56,925 nucleotides of DNA from Octopus sinensis (lineage: Eukaryota): positions 1 through 56,925 of the forward strand of contig NW_021833715.1 of the NCBI RefSeq assembly GCF_006345805.1. Reading direction: 5' to 3'. Numbering within the stretch: position 1 is the first letter of the stretch; each line of letters starts with the position of its first letter. This document shows, in pieces, positions 12,465 through 24,039 of this stretch. The translations under genes and the position numbers were made by a program. Under the pieces are notes generated by a model. That model had not been told where the DNA came from. It ran no database searches and worked only from the letters and a program-made list of their open reading frames with translations.

Positions 12465-12975
12465 TAGCAGTATCGCCTGGCATTGCTCGGGTTTGTAAGG
12501 GAAATAACTATAAAAGCATTTTTAGAGAGTTACTTCCCTTATAGATGCCAATTTGGGCTTTCTTAGCCATTTCTGTTTTGGTGTCTTCAAGCCATGAAGT
12601 CGTTGTTCTAAAAGAACGCTGGTCTCCTTGACAACGCATTACGACGTTGATTTCCTTACACTCCCTTCCCCACAGCTTCACGAGGGAGGGAAGAAGGGGG
12701 AGAAGCAAACAGGTGCAGGTGTGACCATGGACGCCAACTCCGCCGCCATCGACACACGAAAAAATATGCATTAAAATGGAATAAAAAATGATGTTAAATT
12801 ATTTTTAAAATCGTAGACTCATCGTAGACGCGCGCTAATAGCCAGACAGGCTCGATATGAATCACGACTATAAGATACCCGAATTTGTTGTTAAACTGTG
12901 CACGCAAAATGTGGGAGTAGTAGGAATCTAAATCGAAGGGGACAGACACTCACACAACTACAGTTTTATATATAA
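12464..12975 (-). mobile_element. Non-autonomous Helitron-type element
   Basis: Its 3' end (CTAG, hairpin, TTTCCCTTACAAACC) matches the 3' end of 11184-11514 in reverse orientation. The 5' end is approximate. Confidence 0.7.
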
Positions 12976-12977
12976 TA

Positions 12978-13009
<32 letters not shown>

Positions 13010-13010
<1 letters not shown>

Positions 13011-13179
13011 GGCACAGGAGTGGCTGTGTGGTAAGTAGCTTGTTTACCAGCCACATGGCTCTGGGTTCAGTCCCACTGCGTGGCACCTTGGGCAAGTGTC
13101 TTCTACTATAGCCTCGGGTCGACCAAAGCCTTGTGAGTGGATTTGGTAGACGGAAACTGAAAGAAGCCCGTCGTATATA

Positions 13180-13216
<37 letters not shown>

Positions 13217-13439
13217 CGTGTGTGTGTTTGTGTGTCTGTGTTTGTCCCCCTAGCATTGCTTGACAACCGATGTTGGTGTGTTTATGTCCCCGTTACTTAG
13301 AGGTTCAGCAAAAAGAGACCGATAGAATAAGTACTAGGCTTACAAAAGAATAAGTCCCGGGGGTCGAGTTGCTCGATTAAAGGCGGTGCTCCAGCATGGC
13401 CGCAGTCAAATGACTGAAACAAGTAAAAGAGTAAAAGAG

Positions 13440-13440
<1 letters not shown>
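13010..13440 (+). mobile_element. tRNA-derived SINE family A (about 400 bp), representative full copy
   Basis: A-box TGGCTGTGTGG, B-box GGTTCAGTCCC, TTGGGCAAGTGTC core, (CA/TA)n middle, GAGTAAAA tail. More than 20 full or partial copies: minus about 1225, 1716, 3205, 5740, 7555, 8450, 18770, 20180, 21655, 26382, 29690, 31878, 37335, 51345; plus about 2225, 21183, 22895, 28438, 36895, 51650, 52415. Confidence 0.9.
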
Positions 13441-13473
<33 letters not shown>

Positions 13474-13511
13474 TATACATATACATATATATATATACAT
13501 ATATATATATA

Positions 13512-14080
13512 TGCCCCTGGGAGCTCCTCTATGCTGATGACCTTGCTCTAATTGCTGAGTCACTATCAAAACTGGAGGAGAAGTTTCAGGTGTGGAAGCA
13601 AGGATTAGAATCGAAGGGCCTTAGAATTAACCTAGCCAAAACCAAAGTCCTAATAAGTAGGAAGGTAGACCAATCACAAACGCCTTCAGGTAGATGGCCC
13701 TGCTCGATCTGTAAAAAAGGTGTAGGTAGAAACTCTATAAGGTGCACCAAGTGTAAGCTATGGACGCATAAGAGGTGCAGCAATGTCAAAGGAAGGCTAA
13801 CTAGGAAAATAGTTTTTGTCTGTGGCAATAAACACTGAAAATGTGCAGAGACCAACTTCTACCAAGTTCCAGGGAGACAAACTAGAAGTAGTTGATAGCT
13901 TCCGCTACCTAGGTGACCAAGTCAGTAGCAGGGGTGGGTGTGCTGAAAGTGTAACTGCTAGAGTAAGAATAGCCTGGGCAAAGTTTAGAGAGCACTTACC
14001 CCTGCTGGTGACAAAAGGCCTCTCGCTCAGAGTAAAAGGCAGACTGTATGATGCATGTGTACGTACAGCCATGCTACATG
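13512..14080 (+). mobile_element. RTE-clade LINE, 5'-truncated, left part
   Basis: ELLYADDL RT motif, Cys-rich insert, FRYLG motif. Starts in (TA)n. Confidence 0.9.
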
Positions 14081-14257
14081 TGTTATGTGTAGTTTGGGTT
14101 CTAACGGGATAGACAACCAAATGAAAACCATTGTTATTGTTTACGTGTTTATTGACTTTTGATGTTACACGGACTCGACATTCAGCGTAGTGATACATAA
14201 TATACTTTACACACAGTTGTACTGTTCACTAACAAAATAGTGCCAAGAGTGGGGATG
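14081..14257 (-). repeat. Inverted LTR copy at the 5' end
   Basis: Reverse complement of about 17190-17367 at roughly 90% identity. Followed by a 20-bp filler and a correctly oriented 43-bp LTR end (14278-14320). Confidence 0.88.
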
Positions 14258-14320
14258 TAGTTTGGCATACGTAAACACATTTGGTTGTCTATCCCATTAG
14301 AACCCAATCTACACATAACA

Positions 14321-14333
14321 TGGTGGCAGCAGT
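14321..14333 (+). other. Primer-binding site TGGTGGCAGCAGT (tRNA-Leu type)
   Basis: Immediately after the LTR CA end. Complementary, with one mismatch, to the 3' end of tRNA-Leu(AAG/TAG) ...ACCGCTGCCACCA. Confidence 0.7.
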
Positions 14334-14443
14334 AAATAATTAATCAGGAACTGTGCCTTTACAACGAAACAGAAACACAACGAACAAGGAATTAACAAAC
14401 AAAACATCGCTTCGTCTTAGGACAACAAACACGACGATCCAAG

Positions 14444-15610
14444 ATGGTGACCCCCGTCGCTGTACAGATGAATCTACATCCGATTATGAACTGGGACTCC
14501 GATGATATCGTGGAAGCATTCAAGAAATTTAAACAAAAAACTCAACTGGCTTTCAAAAGTTTCCTGAAAGGCACAACTGACGATGAGAAGGTAAGCTATA
14601 TCCTTTTATGGTCAGGTAATAAAGGAATAGACCTATTCAATAGCTGGGATATGTCAGAATAGGACTGCAATAATCCAGACACACTTCTTGAGAAATTTGA
14701 AAGGCACCTAGAGCCCAGGTCGAATCATAGAATTCACAGATACGAATTCCAGGGCCTGAAACAAGACCCACAAGAAACGATTGACAATTTCCTGTGCAGA
14801 CTGAAGAATGTTGCCGAAAAATGCAAATTCAAAGATAAGAACGAAAGAATTGTTGATCAGTTACTATGGGGGTGTGCTCATAAAGAAGTTCAGAAATCCC
14901 TCATAGGTAAGGACGCTCTCCAGTTGATAGAAGCAGTAGACACTGCAAGAGCATTCGAAGCCACTACCAAACAAATGGCCTCACTTACCTTACAAACAAG
15001 CTCACTAGGCAGCAGTGTAGATATTGTATCTAGGCACAGGACGAAACATACCCGCAAACAAAGAACATGCCAGTACTGTGGTACAGAGCATGAGTTCGAC
15101 AACCGGAAGAAATGTCCTGCATTCGGTACACACTGCAAAGCATGTGGAAAACCTAACCACTGGGGGAAAATGTGTAGGTTGGCAAAATCCCAGAAATACA
15201 AGCCCCAATTTTCAAAGAGAAGACAAAGAGATATACATGCACAACTACAGGAACAAAACACCTCAGAGGAGGAATTCTTGGCAGTCGGCACAATAAATGT
15301 GCATGAGATGGGGAATGGCGACCAGAGAAAAAATGAGGCATACACAACAATAAGAGTACAAAAGAAGTCTGGCAAGAAACGAATAAACATTGACTTAAGG
15401 CTGAAGATCGACACTGGAGCCGAGAGTGATATCTTGCCTGTCAACCTCTACAAAAAGATGTTCCCAGAACACATGACACAAGAGGATAAAGTCAAAGAAG
15501 GAATCCTCACACCAAGTGATGTAATCCTCACTGCGTACGGAGGTACCAGGATTCCACAACTGGGCAAAACAACAATCACAGGGACACACAAAGGAAAAAC
15601 AATCAATTCT
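14444..15610 (+). pseudogene. Gag + zinc knuckles + aspartic protease (in-frame TAG at 14660-14662)
   Basis: RYEFQGLKQDPQETIDNFLCRLKNVAEKC gag motif; CQYCGTEH and CKACGKPNHWGKMC knuckles; LKIDTGAESDILP protease. Confidence 0.9.
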
Positions 15611-15719
15611 TGGACTAAATACCTGCAAAAAGCTAAATATTGTGTCAATCAATGGTGAAGTGAAGGCAACTCCGAGCAGGATTGACAGAGATATGCCTAT
15701 CAAAGACCAACCACCAATC

Positions 15720-17054
15720 ACAAACAAACAGGAGATGGAAGGACCAAGCATAAAGGTCCACCACATTGTAAATGTGACAACCACAAAGCTAGCGGAAATC
15801 AAAGAGGAGACCAGCAAAGATGAAGAACACCAGCTCCTTACTCAGATGGTGATTCAGGGGTGGCCAGAAAAGAGACATCAGGTGCAGCCCCTCATTCGTG
15901 AATATTGGGCCATCCATAATGATATATCAGTGGAGAATGGAATCCTGATGGCTGGATCCCGAATAATCATACCCAAGTCAATGCAAAAAGAGATTCTTGA
16001 CAAAATCCACCAAGGGCATCTAGGAATGGAGAAATGCAAGCTCCAAGCCAAGTCAGCAGTATATGGGGTAGGCACGTACAAAGACATAGAAAAGACAGTT
16101 TCTACATGCCACATCTGTCAAAAGTACAGAAATTCACAACAAAAGAAGGAAATGATATCTAGTGACATCCCATGAAAGCCATGGCAAACTATTGGAGTAG
16201 ATCTGTTCACAGAAGGCCAAGAATGGTATTTGATAATGGCCTGCTACTACTCCAAATTTCCATTTGTGAGAAAAGTGAAAGACCTGAGAGCCAAAACAAT
16301 CACTACAGTGGCTCGAGGACTTCTAGCAGAGCAAGGAATACCAGAGCAGATCATATGTGACAATGGAACCCAGTTAACATCGCAAGAATTCAAAAAGCTA
16401 GCCGATGAGTATGGGTTCAATATTACAACTTCATCTCCACACTACCCCAAAGGTCATGGGTTTATAGAAAGACAGGTGCAGACAGTGAAGAGAACACTAG
16501 TCAAATGCCGAGAGACTAAGGAAGACCCACACCTGGCACTTCTGTCCCTACGAGCGACACCACTGAGAGCTGACATGAAACCCCCAGCAGAATTGCTGAA
16601 TGGCAGGAAGTACAAAACTACCCTGCCAACTAAGATCCAACCTTCTATTGACCAGGAAGAGACAAGGGCAAAGTTAGCAGCCACTCGAGAACAATCACAG
16701 AAATATTACAACAGACATTCACAATACTTACCTGAGATACTTGGAGGACAACATGTGCATACTGAAGATCCCATAACTAAAGCATGGATTCCAGCACAGG
16801 TTGTCAGTAGAGCTGAAACCCCAAGATCGTATATAATAGTAACGGAATCTGGTGGGCAGCTGAGACGCAACAGGGCCCACATCCGCCCAACACCAAAGCT
16901 GTTGAGGACAACGTGTACAACACCTGCTGCATCATCATCCCAATGGGCACCACCCACCCATCAGCAGCCCAACAACACACCACAGACACCGGTGCGAAGC
17001 ACAAGATCCACCAGATGGAGAAAGAACATCCTGCCACCGGTTCGATACCGCTAA
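15720..17054 (+). pseudogene. Integrase (zinc-binding + DDE core), frameshifted near 16170-16230
   Basis: GWP, ILDKIHQGHLGMEKCK and CHIC motifs; YYSKFP, CDNGTQLTSQEF, SSPHYPKGHGFIERQVQTVK. Confidence 0.9.
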
Positions 17055-17159
17055 AGAAAAAAAAACAAGACAGGCTGACAATCCATGGAGCAAGGGAGAC
17101 TACTCATAATTGTCTTCACTGCCAGAAGACCCCTTTATATTTTTTTCAAGAAGAAGGGA

Positions 17160-17367
17160 TGTTACACATTCATATCTGTGTATACGTGCATCCCCACTCT
17201 TGGCACTATTTTGTAGTGAATAGTACAAACTGTGTGTAAAGTATATAATGTATTACTACACTGAATGTCGTCGTCCGTGTAACATGTAAAGATAATAAAC
17301 ACGTAAACATAACAATGGTTTTCATTTGGATGTCTTTCCCATTAGAACCAAAACTACACACATAACA
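17160..17367 (+). repeat. 3' LTR (208 bp)
   Basis: Follows the polypurine tract AAGAAGAAGGGA (17148-17159). TGTTAC...CATAACA ends; AATAAA near 17295. Confidence 0.88.
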
Positions 17368-18503
17368 CTAGGTGACCAAGTCAGTAGCGGGGGTGGGTGT
17401 GATGAAAGTGTAACTGCTAGAGTAAGAATAGCCTGGGCAAAGTTTAGAGAGCTCTTACCTCTGCTGGTGACAAAGGGCCTCTCACTCAGAGTAAAAGGCA
17501 GACTGTATGATGCATGTGTACGTACAGCCATGCTACATGGTAGTGAAACATGGGCCGTGACTGCTGAGGATATGCGTAAGCTCGCAAGAAATGAAGCCAG
17601 TATGCTCCGATGGATGTGTAATGTCAGTGTTCATAATCGACCGAGTGTAAGTACCATGAGAGAAAAGTTGAACCTAAGAAGCATCAGTTGTGGTGTGCAA
17701 GACGGACGTTGCGCTGGTATGGGCATGTGGCGAGAATGGATGAAGATAGTTGTGTGAAAAAGTGCTACACCCTAGCAGTTGAGGGAACCTGTGGAAGAGG
17801 TAGACCCAGGAAAACCTGGGACGAGGTGGTGAAGCACGACCTTCGAACTTTAGGTCTCACCAAGGAAATGACTAGAGACCGAGACCTATGGAAGTATGCT
17901 GTGCGTGAGAAGACCCGGCAAGACTAGTGAGGCCATAACCCATGGCCTCTACCTGGTATGTAGCCAGTCGACTTATACATACCTTTCCTTCTTGGGACAC
18001 AAAACTCCACTTGTGAAGACCCGTTGAGGCAAGTGAAAATCAACAAATCAAAATCAAATCAGATATCAGAAAGCAGAACCAAAATCGAAGTCGATCAACA
18101 TCAATGGAAATTGCAGCTGTGATACCAGTGCCGGTGACAAGTAAGCGAACCATCCGATTGTGGCCGTTGCCAGCACCGCTGCGACTGGCCTCCGTGCCAG
18201 TGGCACGTAAAAGCACCATCCGTTCGTGTCCGTTGCCAGCCTCGCCTGGCCCCCGTGCAGGTGGCACGTAAAAGCACCATCCGTTCGTGGCCGTTTGCCA
18301 GCACTGTCTGGCACCTGTGCGGGTGGCACGTAAAAAGCACCCACTACACTCGCAGAGTGGTTGGCGTTAGGAAGGGCATCCAGCCGTAGAAACACTGCCA
18401 GATCAGACTGGGCCTGATGCAGCCTTCTGGCTTCACAGACCCCAGTTGAACCATCCAACCCATGCTAGCATGGAAAACGGACGCTAAATGATGATGATGA
18501 TGA
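17368..18503 (+). mobile_element. RTE-clade LINE, right part with 3' UTR and (TGA)n tail
   Basis: MLHGSETW, RLRWYGHV-like and RGRPRKTW motifs, stop near 17927, 3' UTR ending in ATGATGATG. Confidence 0.9.
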
Positions 18504-18509
18504 CGATAT

Positions 18510-18720
18510 ATACATATAAAGTTAATCCAAACATGAAAACACCAAGAGAAAACACAACAACGCGAGTATTATTGGACGCTTAAGAAGGAAGGGAAGGAGG
18601 GTTTTACACTTTGAGCGGAGCTCTTCGTCAGAAACATAGGAAAAGGAAAGATCCAGAGAAGGGAAAACGGAGGAAAAAAATCCCCAACAGTACACACGTG
18701 GTCACATTTTGAATGGATAT
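18510..18720 (-). mobile_element. Related PLE 3'-end fragment with decayed hammerhead (18601-18636)
   Basis: CTGACGA-A-GAGC(TCC)GCTC followed by AAAG (GAAA lost); flanked by TA repeats. Confidence 0.5.
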
Positions 18721-18977
18721 ATATATATATATATACATACATACATACATATATATATATATTTTTTTTTTTACTTGTTTCAGTCATTTGACTGCGGCCA
18801 TGCTGGAGCACCGCCTTTAGTTGAGCAGATCGACCCCGGGACTTATTCTTTGTAAGCCCAGCACTTATTCTATCGGTCTCTTTTTGCCGAACCGCTAAGT
18901 GACGGGGACATAAACACACCAGTATCGGTTGTCAAGCAATGCTAGGGGGACAAACACAGACACACAAACATACACAT

Positions 18978-19012
<35 letters not shown>

Positions 19013-19275
19013 CAACAGGCTTCTTTCAGTTTCCGTCTACCAAATCCACTCACAAGGCATTGGTCGGCCCGGGGCTATAGCTGAAGACACTTGCCCAAGG
19101 TGCCATGCAGTGGGACTGAACCCGGAACCATGTGGTTGGTTAGCAAGCTACTTACCACACAGCCACTCCTGTATATATATATACGCACAATTGCAACGTG
19201 GAAAATGTTTATAAGCAGAAGTAGATAAAAAAATAAATGGAGAAGGCTAAGAAAATTAGTGAGTGGCACCATTAC

Positions 19276-19418
19276 TTTGATTCAGCACATTTAGCAAGCT
19301 TCATTCGGGACAGTTCACAGTCGATGTGCCAAGTTTCTGGATAATTCTCTACACACGTAGAATACAACTGGATGTATTTCCCACACTGCTGTAACACAAC
19401 TTGCATTGCAGAATCCAT
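19276..19418 (-). CDS. CHCHD5: CHCHD5 first coding exon (MDSAMQVVLQQCGKYIQLYSTCVENYPETWHIDCELSRMKLAKCAES)
   Basis: Two CX9C motifs and recognisable similarity to the N-terminal half of CHCHD5. Polypyrimidine/CAG acceptor at 19430-19440, 11 nt of 5' UTR (exon starts 19429), GTAATG donor at 19275, phase 2 (AA|). Confidence 0.9.
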
Positions 19419-19504
19419 GATTGGTCTACCTGGAAAAAAAAAACAAAAACAAATAATGACTACAGGTGTGCATAAGCGTGTGGGCATGCACGCGCATATA
19501 TATA

Positions 19505-19718
19505 TATATTAAAATTATAAATTAGGGTATCTACGAGATAACACCATGCTGAAAATAGCAGCCATGATCCGACTCTAAAACCACCTTAAGTGTTCATATA
19601 GCAACATGGAGAGAGGACAGAGAGACAAGATGAAACTAGTAAAAAATTACTGGATAATTCTAGATCCCGGATTTCTGACTTTGCATTTAGGAATACTTTG
19701 CCTCATCAGTGGAATACA
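19505..19718 (-). mobile_element. Hammerhead-bearing non-autonomous PLE-type repeat (family 2), left copy
   Basis: Reverse complement of 20588-20800. Hammerhead-like motif at 19657-19715; ends in (TA)n. Confidence 0.7.
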
Positions 19719-19721
19719 CTG

Positions 19722-20105
19722 GTGGAAGCACTCCGTCGGTTACGACAACGAGGGTTCCGGTTGATCCGAATCAACGGAACAGCCTGCTCGTGAAATTAAC
19801 GTGTAAGTGGCTTAGCACTCCACAGACACGTGTACCCTTAACGTAGTTCTCGGGGATATTCAGCGTGACACAGAGAGTGACAAGGCCGGCCCTTTGAAAT
19901 ACAGGTAACAGAAACAGGAAGTAAGAGTGAGAGAAAGTTGGTGGTGAAAGAGTACAGCAGGGATCACCACCATCCCCTGCGGAGCTCGTGGAGCTTTTAG
20001 GTGTTTTCGTTCAATAAACACTCACAACGCCCGGTCTGGAAATCGAAACCGCGATCCTATGACCGCGAGTCCGCTGCCCTAACCACTGGGCCATTGCACC
20101 TCCAC
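19722..20105 (-). mobile_element. SINE family C, representative copy
   Basis: Minus-strand head GGAGGTGCAATGGCCCAGTGGTTAGGGC..GGTTTCGATTTCC. Related copies near 5215, 6250, 36000-36610, 45970, 52000, 55740. Confidence 0.8.
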
Positions 20106-20383
20106 CCTTGATGCATACGTGCATATATATGTATGTATACGTCCGTATTTGTAAGTATTCGTATGTTGTATTTATATACTCTTTACTCTTTTACTTGTTT
20201 CAGTCATTTGACTGCGGCCATGCTGGAGCACCGCCTTTAGTCGAGCAACTCGACCCCGGACTTATTCTTTTGTAAGCCAGTACTTATTCTATCGGTCTCT
20301 TTTTGCGAACCGCTAGGTGACGGGGACGTAAAACCACCAGCATCGGTTGTCAAGCAATGCTAGGGGAACAAACACAGACACAA

Positions 20384-20417
<34 letters not shown>

Positions 20418-20587
20418 TAAAATATAGGACAGGCTTCTTTCAGTTTCCGTCTACCAAATCCACTCACAAGGCATTGGTCGGTCCGAGACTATAGTAGAAG
20501 ACACTTGCCCAAGATGCCACACAGTGGGACTGAACCCGGAACCATGAGGTAGGTTAGCAAGCTACTTACCACACAGCCACATTTCTG

Positions 20588-20888
20588 TGTGTATTCCACT
20601 GATGAGGCAAAGCATTCCTAAATGCAAAGCCAGAAATCTGGGATCTGGAATTATCCAGTAATTTTTTACTAGTTTCACCTTATCTCTCTGTCTTCTCTCC
20701 ATGTCGCTATATGAAAACTTCAGGTGGTTTTAGAGTCGGTTCATGGCTGCTATTTTCAGCATGGTGGTATCTCGTAGATACCCTAATTCATAATTTTAAT
20801 AATTATTACCTTTGAAGGTTACTTTTTCCATGCTGACCACTTGATAAGATCGTTATTATATTTTTAATTAACGATCTTATCCTTATTT

Positions 20889-20890
<2 letters not shown>
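20588..20890 (+). mobile_element. Hammerhead-bearing non-autonomous PLE-type repeat (family 2), right copy
   Basis: ATTCCA-CTGATGA-GGC..GCC-A-GAAA-TCTGGGA-TC-TGGAAT at 20593-20651. Terminal GATAAGATCG..CGATCTTATC palindrome, then (TA)n. Confidence 0.72.
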
Positions 20891-20939
<49 letters not shown>

Positions 20940-21147
20940 TATATCTCATCATCAATTAACATCTGGTTTCCATGCTGGCATGGGTTAGATGGTTTGACTG
21001 AAACTGGTAAGTTGGAGGGCTGCACCAAGTTCCAGATTGATCTGGCTTGGTTTCTATGGCTTGATGCCCTTCCTAATGCCAACCATTCCAAGAATGTAGT
21101 GGGGTGGTTTATGAGCCAGTTATGTGACACAGGCAAGTTACGTGACA

Positions 21148-21185
<38 letters not shown>

Positions 21186-21603
21186 CGCATGAGTGGCTGT
21201 GTGGTAAGTAGCTTGTTTACCAACCACATGGTTCCGGGTTCAGTCCCACTGCGTGGCACCTTGGGTAAGTGTCTTCTACTATAGCCTCGGGCCAACCAAA
21301 GCCTTGTGAGTGGATTGGTAGACGGAAAACTGAAAGAAGCTTGTTGTATATATGTATATATATATATGTGTGTGTATGTGTTTGTGTGTCTGTTGTTTGT
21401 CCCCCTGCATTGCTTGACACACCAATGCTGGTGTGTTTACGTCCCCGTTACTTAGCGGTTCGGCAAAAGAGATGATAAAATAAAGTAGTACTGGGCTTAC
21501 AAAGAATAAGTCCCGGGGTCGATTGCTCGACTAAAGGCGGTACTCCAGCATGGCCGCAGTAAAATGACTGAAACAAGTAAAAGAGTAAGAGTAAAAAGAA
21601 TAT

Positions 21604-21643
<40 letters not shown>

Positions 21644-23390
21644 TACACACATATATATACGACGGGCTTCTTTCAGTTTCCGTCTACCAAATCCACTCAC
21701 AAGGCTTTGGTCGGCCCGGGGCTATAGCAGAAGACACTTGCCCAAGGTGCCACGCAGTGGGACTGAACCTGGAACCATGTGGTTGGTTAGCAAGCTACTT
21801 ACCACACAGCCACTCCTGCGCCTACATCAAAATAAAAATCAAATGGAAATTGTAGTTAAGACACCCGTGCAGGTGACACGTAAAAAGCACCGTCCGAACG
21901 TGGCAGATGCCAGCGCCGCCTGGCTGGCATCTGTGTCGGTGACACGTAAAAGCACCATCCGATCGTGGCCGTTTGCCAGCCAGCTCTGGCCCCTGTGCCG
22001 GTAGCACGTAAAAAACACCCATAACACTCATGGGGTGGTTGGTGTTAGGAAGGGCATCCAGCTGTAGAAACACTGCCTATTTCTTTATTGCCCACAAGGG
22101 GCTAAACACAGAAGGGACAAACAAGGACAGACAGATTAAGTCGATTATATAGACCCCAGTGCGTAACTGGTACTTAATTTATCGACCCCGAAAGGATGAA
22201 AGGCAAAGTTGACCTCGGCGGAATTTGAACTCAGAACGTAACGGCAGACGAAATACGGCTACACATTTCGCCCAGCATGCTAACGTTTCTGCCAGCTCGC
22301 CACCTATAGAAACACTGCCAAATCAGACTGGAGCCTGGTACAGCCTCCATGGCTTACCAGACCCCGGTCGAACCGTCCAACCCATGCTAGCATGGAAAAC
22401 GGATGTTAAATGATGATGATGATGATGATATACTTTTTTCGGAATTAGATGGGAGGGGCACCAATCTGAAGTTATACCCACATATTGTTATAAAACACCT
22501 GTATCTAAATCGAAAGATCACCAATCTTCAGTAATCTGTCAGTCTTTTTTACATATCCAAAAATTCACTAGGGTTTCAGGGAGAATTGGCCACAGGAATG
22601 GCTACAGACACAGGCATGGCTGTGTGGGTAAGAAGCTCACTTTATAACCAGGTAGTTTCAGGTTCAACCCCACTGCATGGCACCTTGGGCAGTCCTAGGC
22701 AGATTAATGCCTTGTGAGTGAATTTGATAGATGGAAACTGTGTGGAAAGCCATTACACACACACACACACACATGCAGAAATTTATGAAAGATGTGTGTG
22801 TCTGTGTGTCACTCACTGCCACTGTTTGGCAATGGTTATTGCTTTGTTTACAGCACCATAACTTAGCAACTTGGCCAAAAAAACAAAAAAAAAAAGTGGA
22901 TGTGTGGTAAGTAGCTTGCGTGCCAACCACATGGTTCTGGGTTCAGTCCCACTGCATGGCACCTTGGGCAAGTGTCTTCTACTATAGCCTCGGGCCGACC
23001 AAAGCCTTGTGAGTGGATTTGGTAGAAGGAAACTGAACGCCCATCATATATATGTATATCTATATATATGTGTGTATATGTTTGTCCCCCAACATCGCTT
23101 GACAACCGACGATGATGTGTGTACGTCCCCGTAACTTAGCAGTTCGGCAAAAGAGACCGATAGAATAAGTACTAGACATACAAAGAATAAGTCCCGGGGT
23201 CGATTTGCTCGACTAAAGGCGGTGCTCCAGCATGGCCACCGTCAAATGACTGAAACAAGTAAAAGAGTAAAAGAGAATATGAACCCAATAAATAAATAAA
23301 TAAAAGTCGGTAATCCTTCAGTTGATCTTCCCCTTTAATCTTTATTTACTTTTTTAACCACCACATACAGAAGAATTACCAAAAAGTTCC

Positions 23391-23910
23391 ATGTCGATTT
23401 GTTCCAGCAAGACTTTTGTTAGCCGCTCTCCAGCCATCTATTTAAAACTGTATACAGCTATGGTACGACCACACTTGGAATTCGCATCATCAGTTTGGAA
23501 CCCCTATCTTGCTCAGAACATTCACCTCCTGGAATCTGTTCAGAGACGTGCAACCAAACATATACCCTCCATCAGACACCTACCATATTCTGAGCACCTT
23601 GTTTCCCTGGGCATGGATTCACTAAGGCTCCGGCGTCTGGCGACGGACTTGGTAAACACCCACAAAGTTATCAACCACCTCACCAACAACAACACTGAAC
23701 ACCTTTTTGATCTCCATGTGTCCAACACCCGTGGACATGTTTACAAAGTCAGAAAACAACACAGCTCCTTCCATGACTTTCGGAAACATTTTTTCACGCT
23801 CAGAGTTGCTGAAGCATGGAATAAACTGCCTGCATCAGTTGTTGACTGCCATGACACTGCATCCTTTAAGGCCCTCATGCTTTCCGAAATCCGCTGAAAC
23901 TACACCTGAT
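23391..23910 (+). mobile_element. CR1/L2-type LINE 3' fragment
   Basis: LYTAMVRPHLEFASSVWNPY, LESVQRRATK, TRGH..K and FFTLRV..AWNKLP motifs. Confidence 0.88.
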
Positions 23911-24039
23911 AATATAATATATAATGAAATTATTGTATACAGTGCTCAGGTGCACCACAACTTGTCAGAAAGTGCATATAAAGTACATGCGTAATGTAGG
24001 AATGTCCGAAAGTGAACATGCTTGTGTGTGTATGGAGGG

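Larger units (their letters stand above)
14081..17367 (+). mobile_element. Ty3/Gypsy LTR retrotransposon derivative (gag-protease-integrase, RT/RNase H deleted) with an inverted 5' LTR
   Basis: PBS, gag, CCHC knuckles, DTGA protease, integrase, PPT and a 208-bp TG...CA 3' LTR. Confidence 0.92.

Noticed and set aside
13010-13090. tRNA-like sequences with A and B boxes
   Set aside because: SINE heads that continue into SINE bodies; no complete cloverleaf or acceptor stem.
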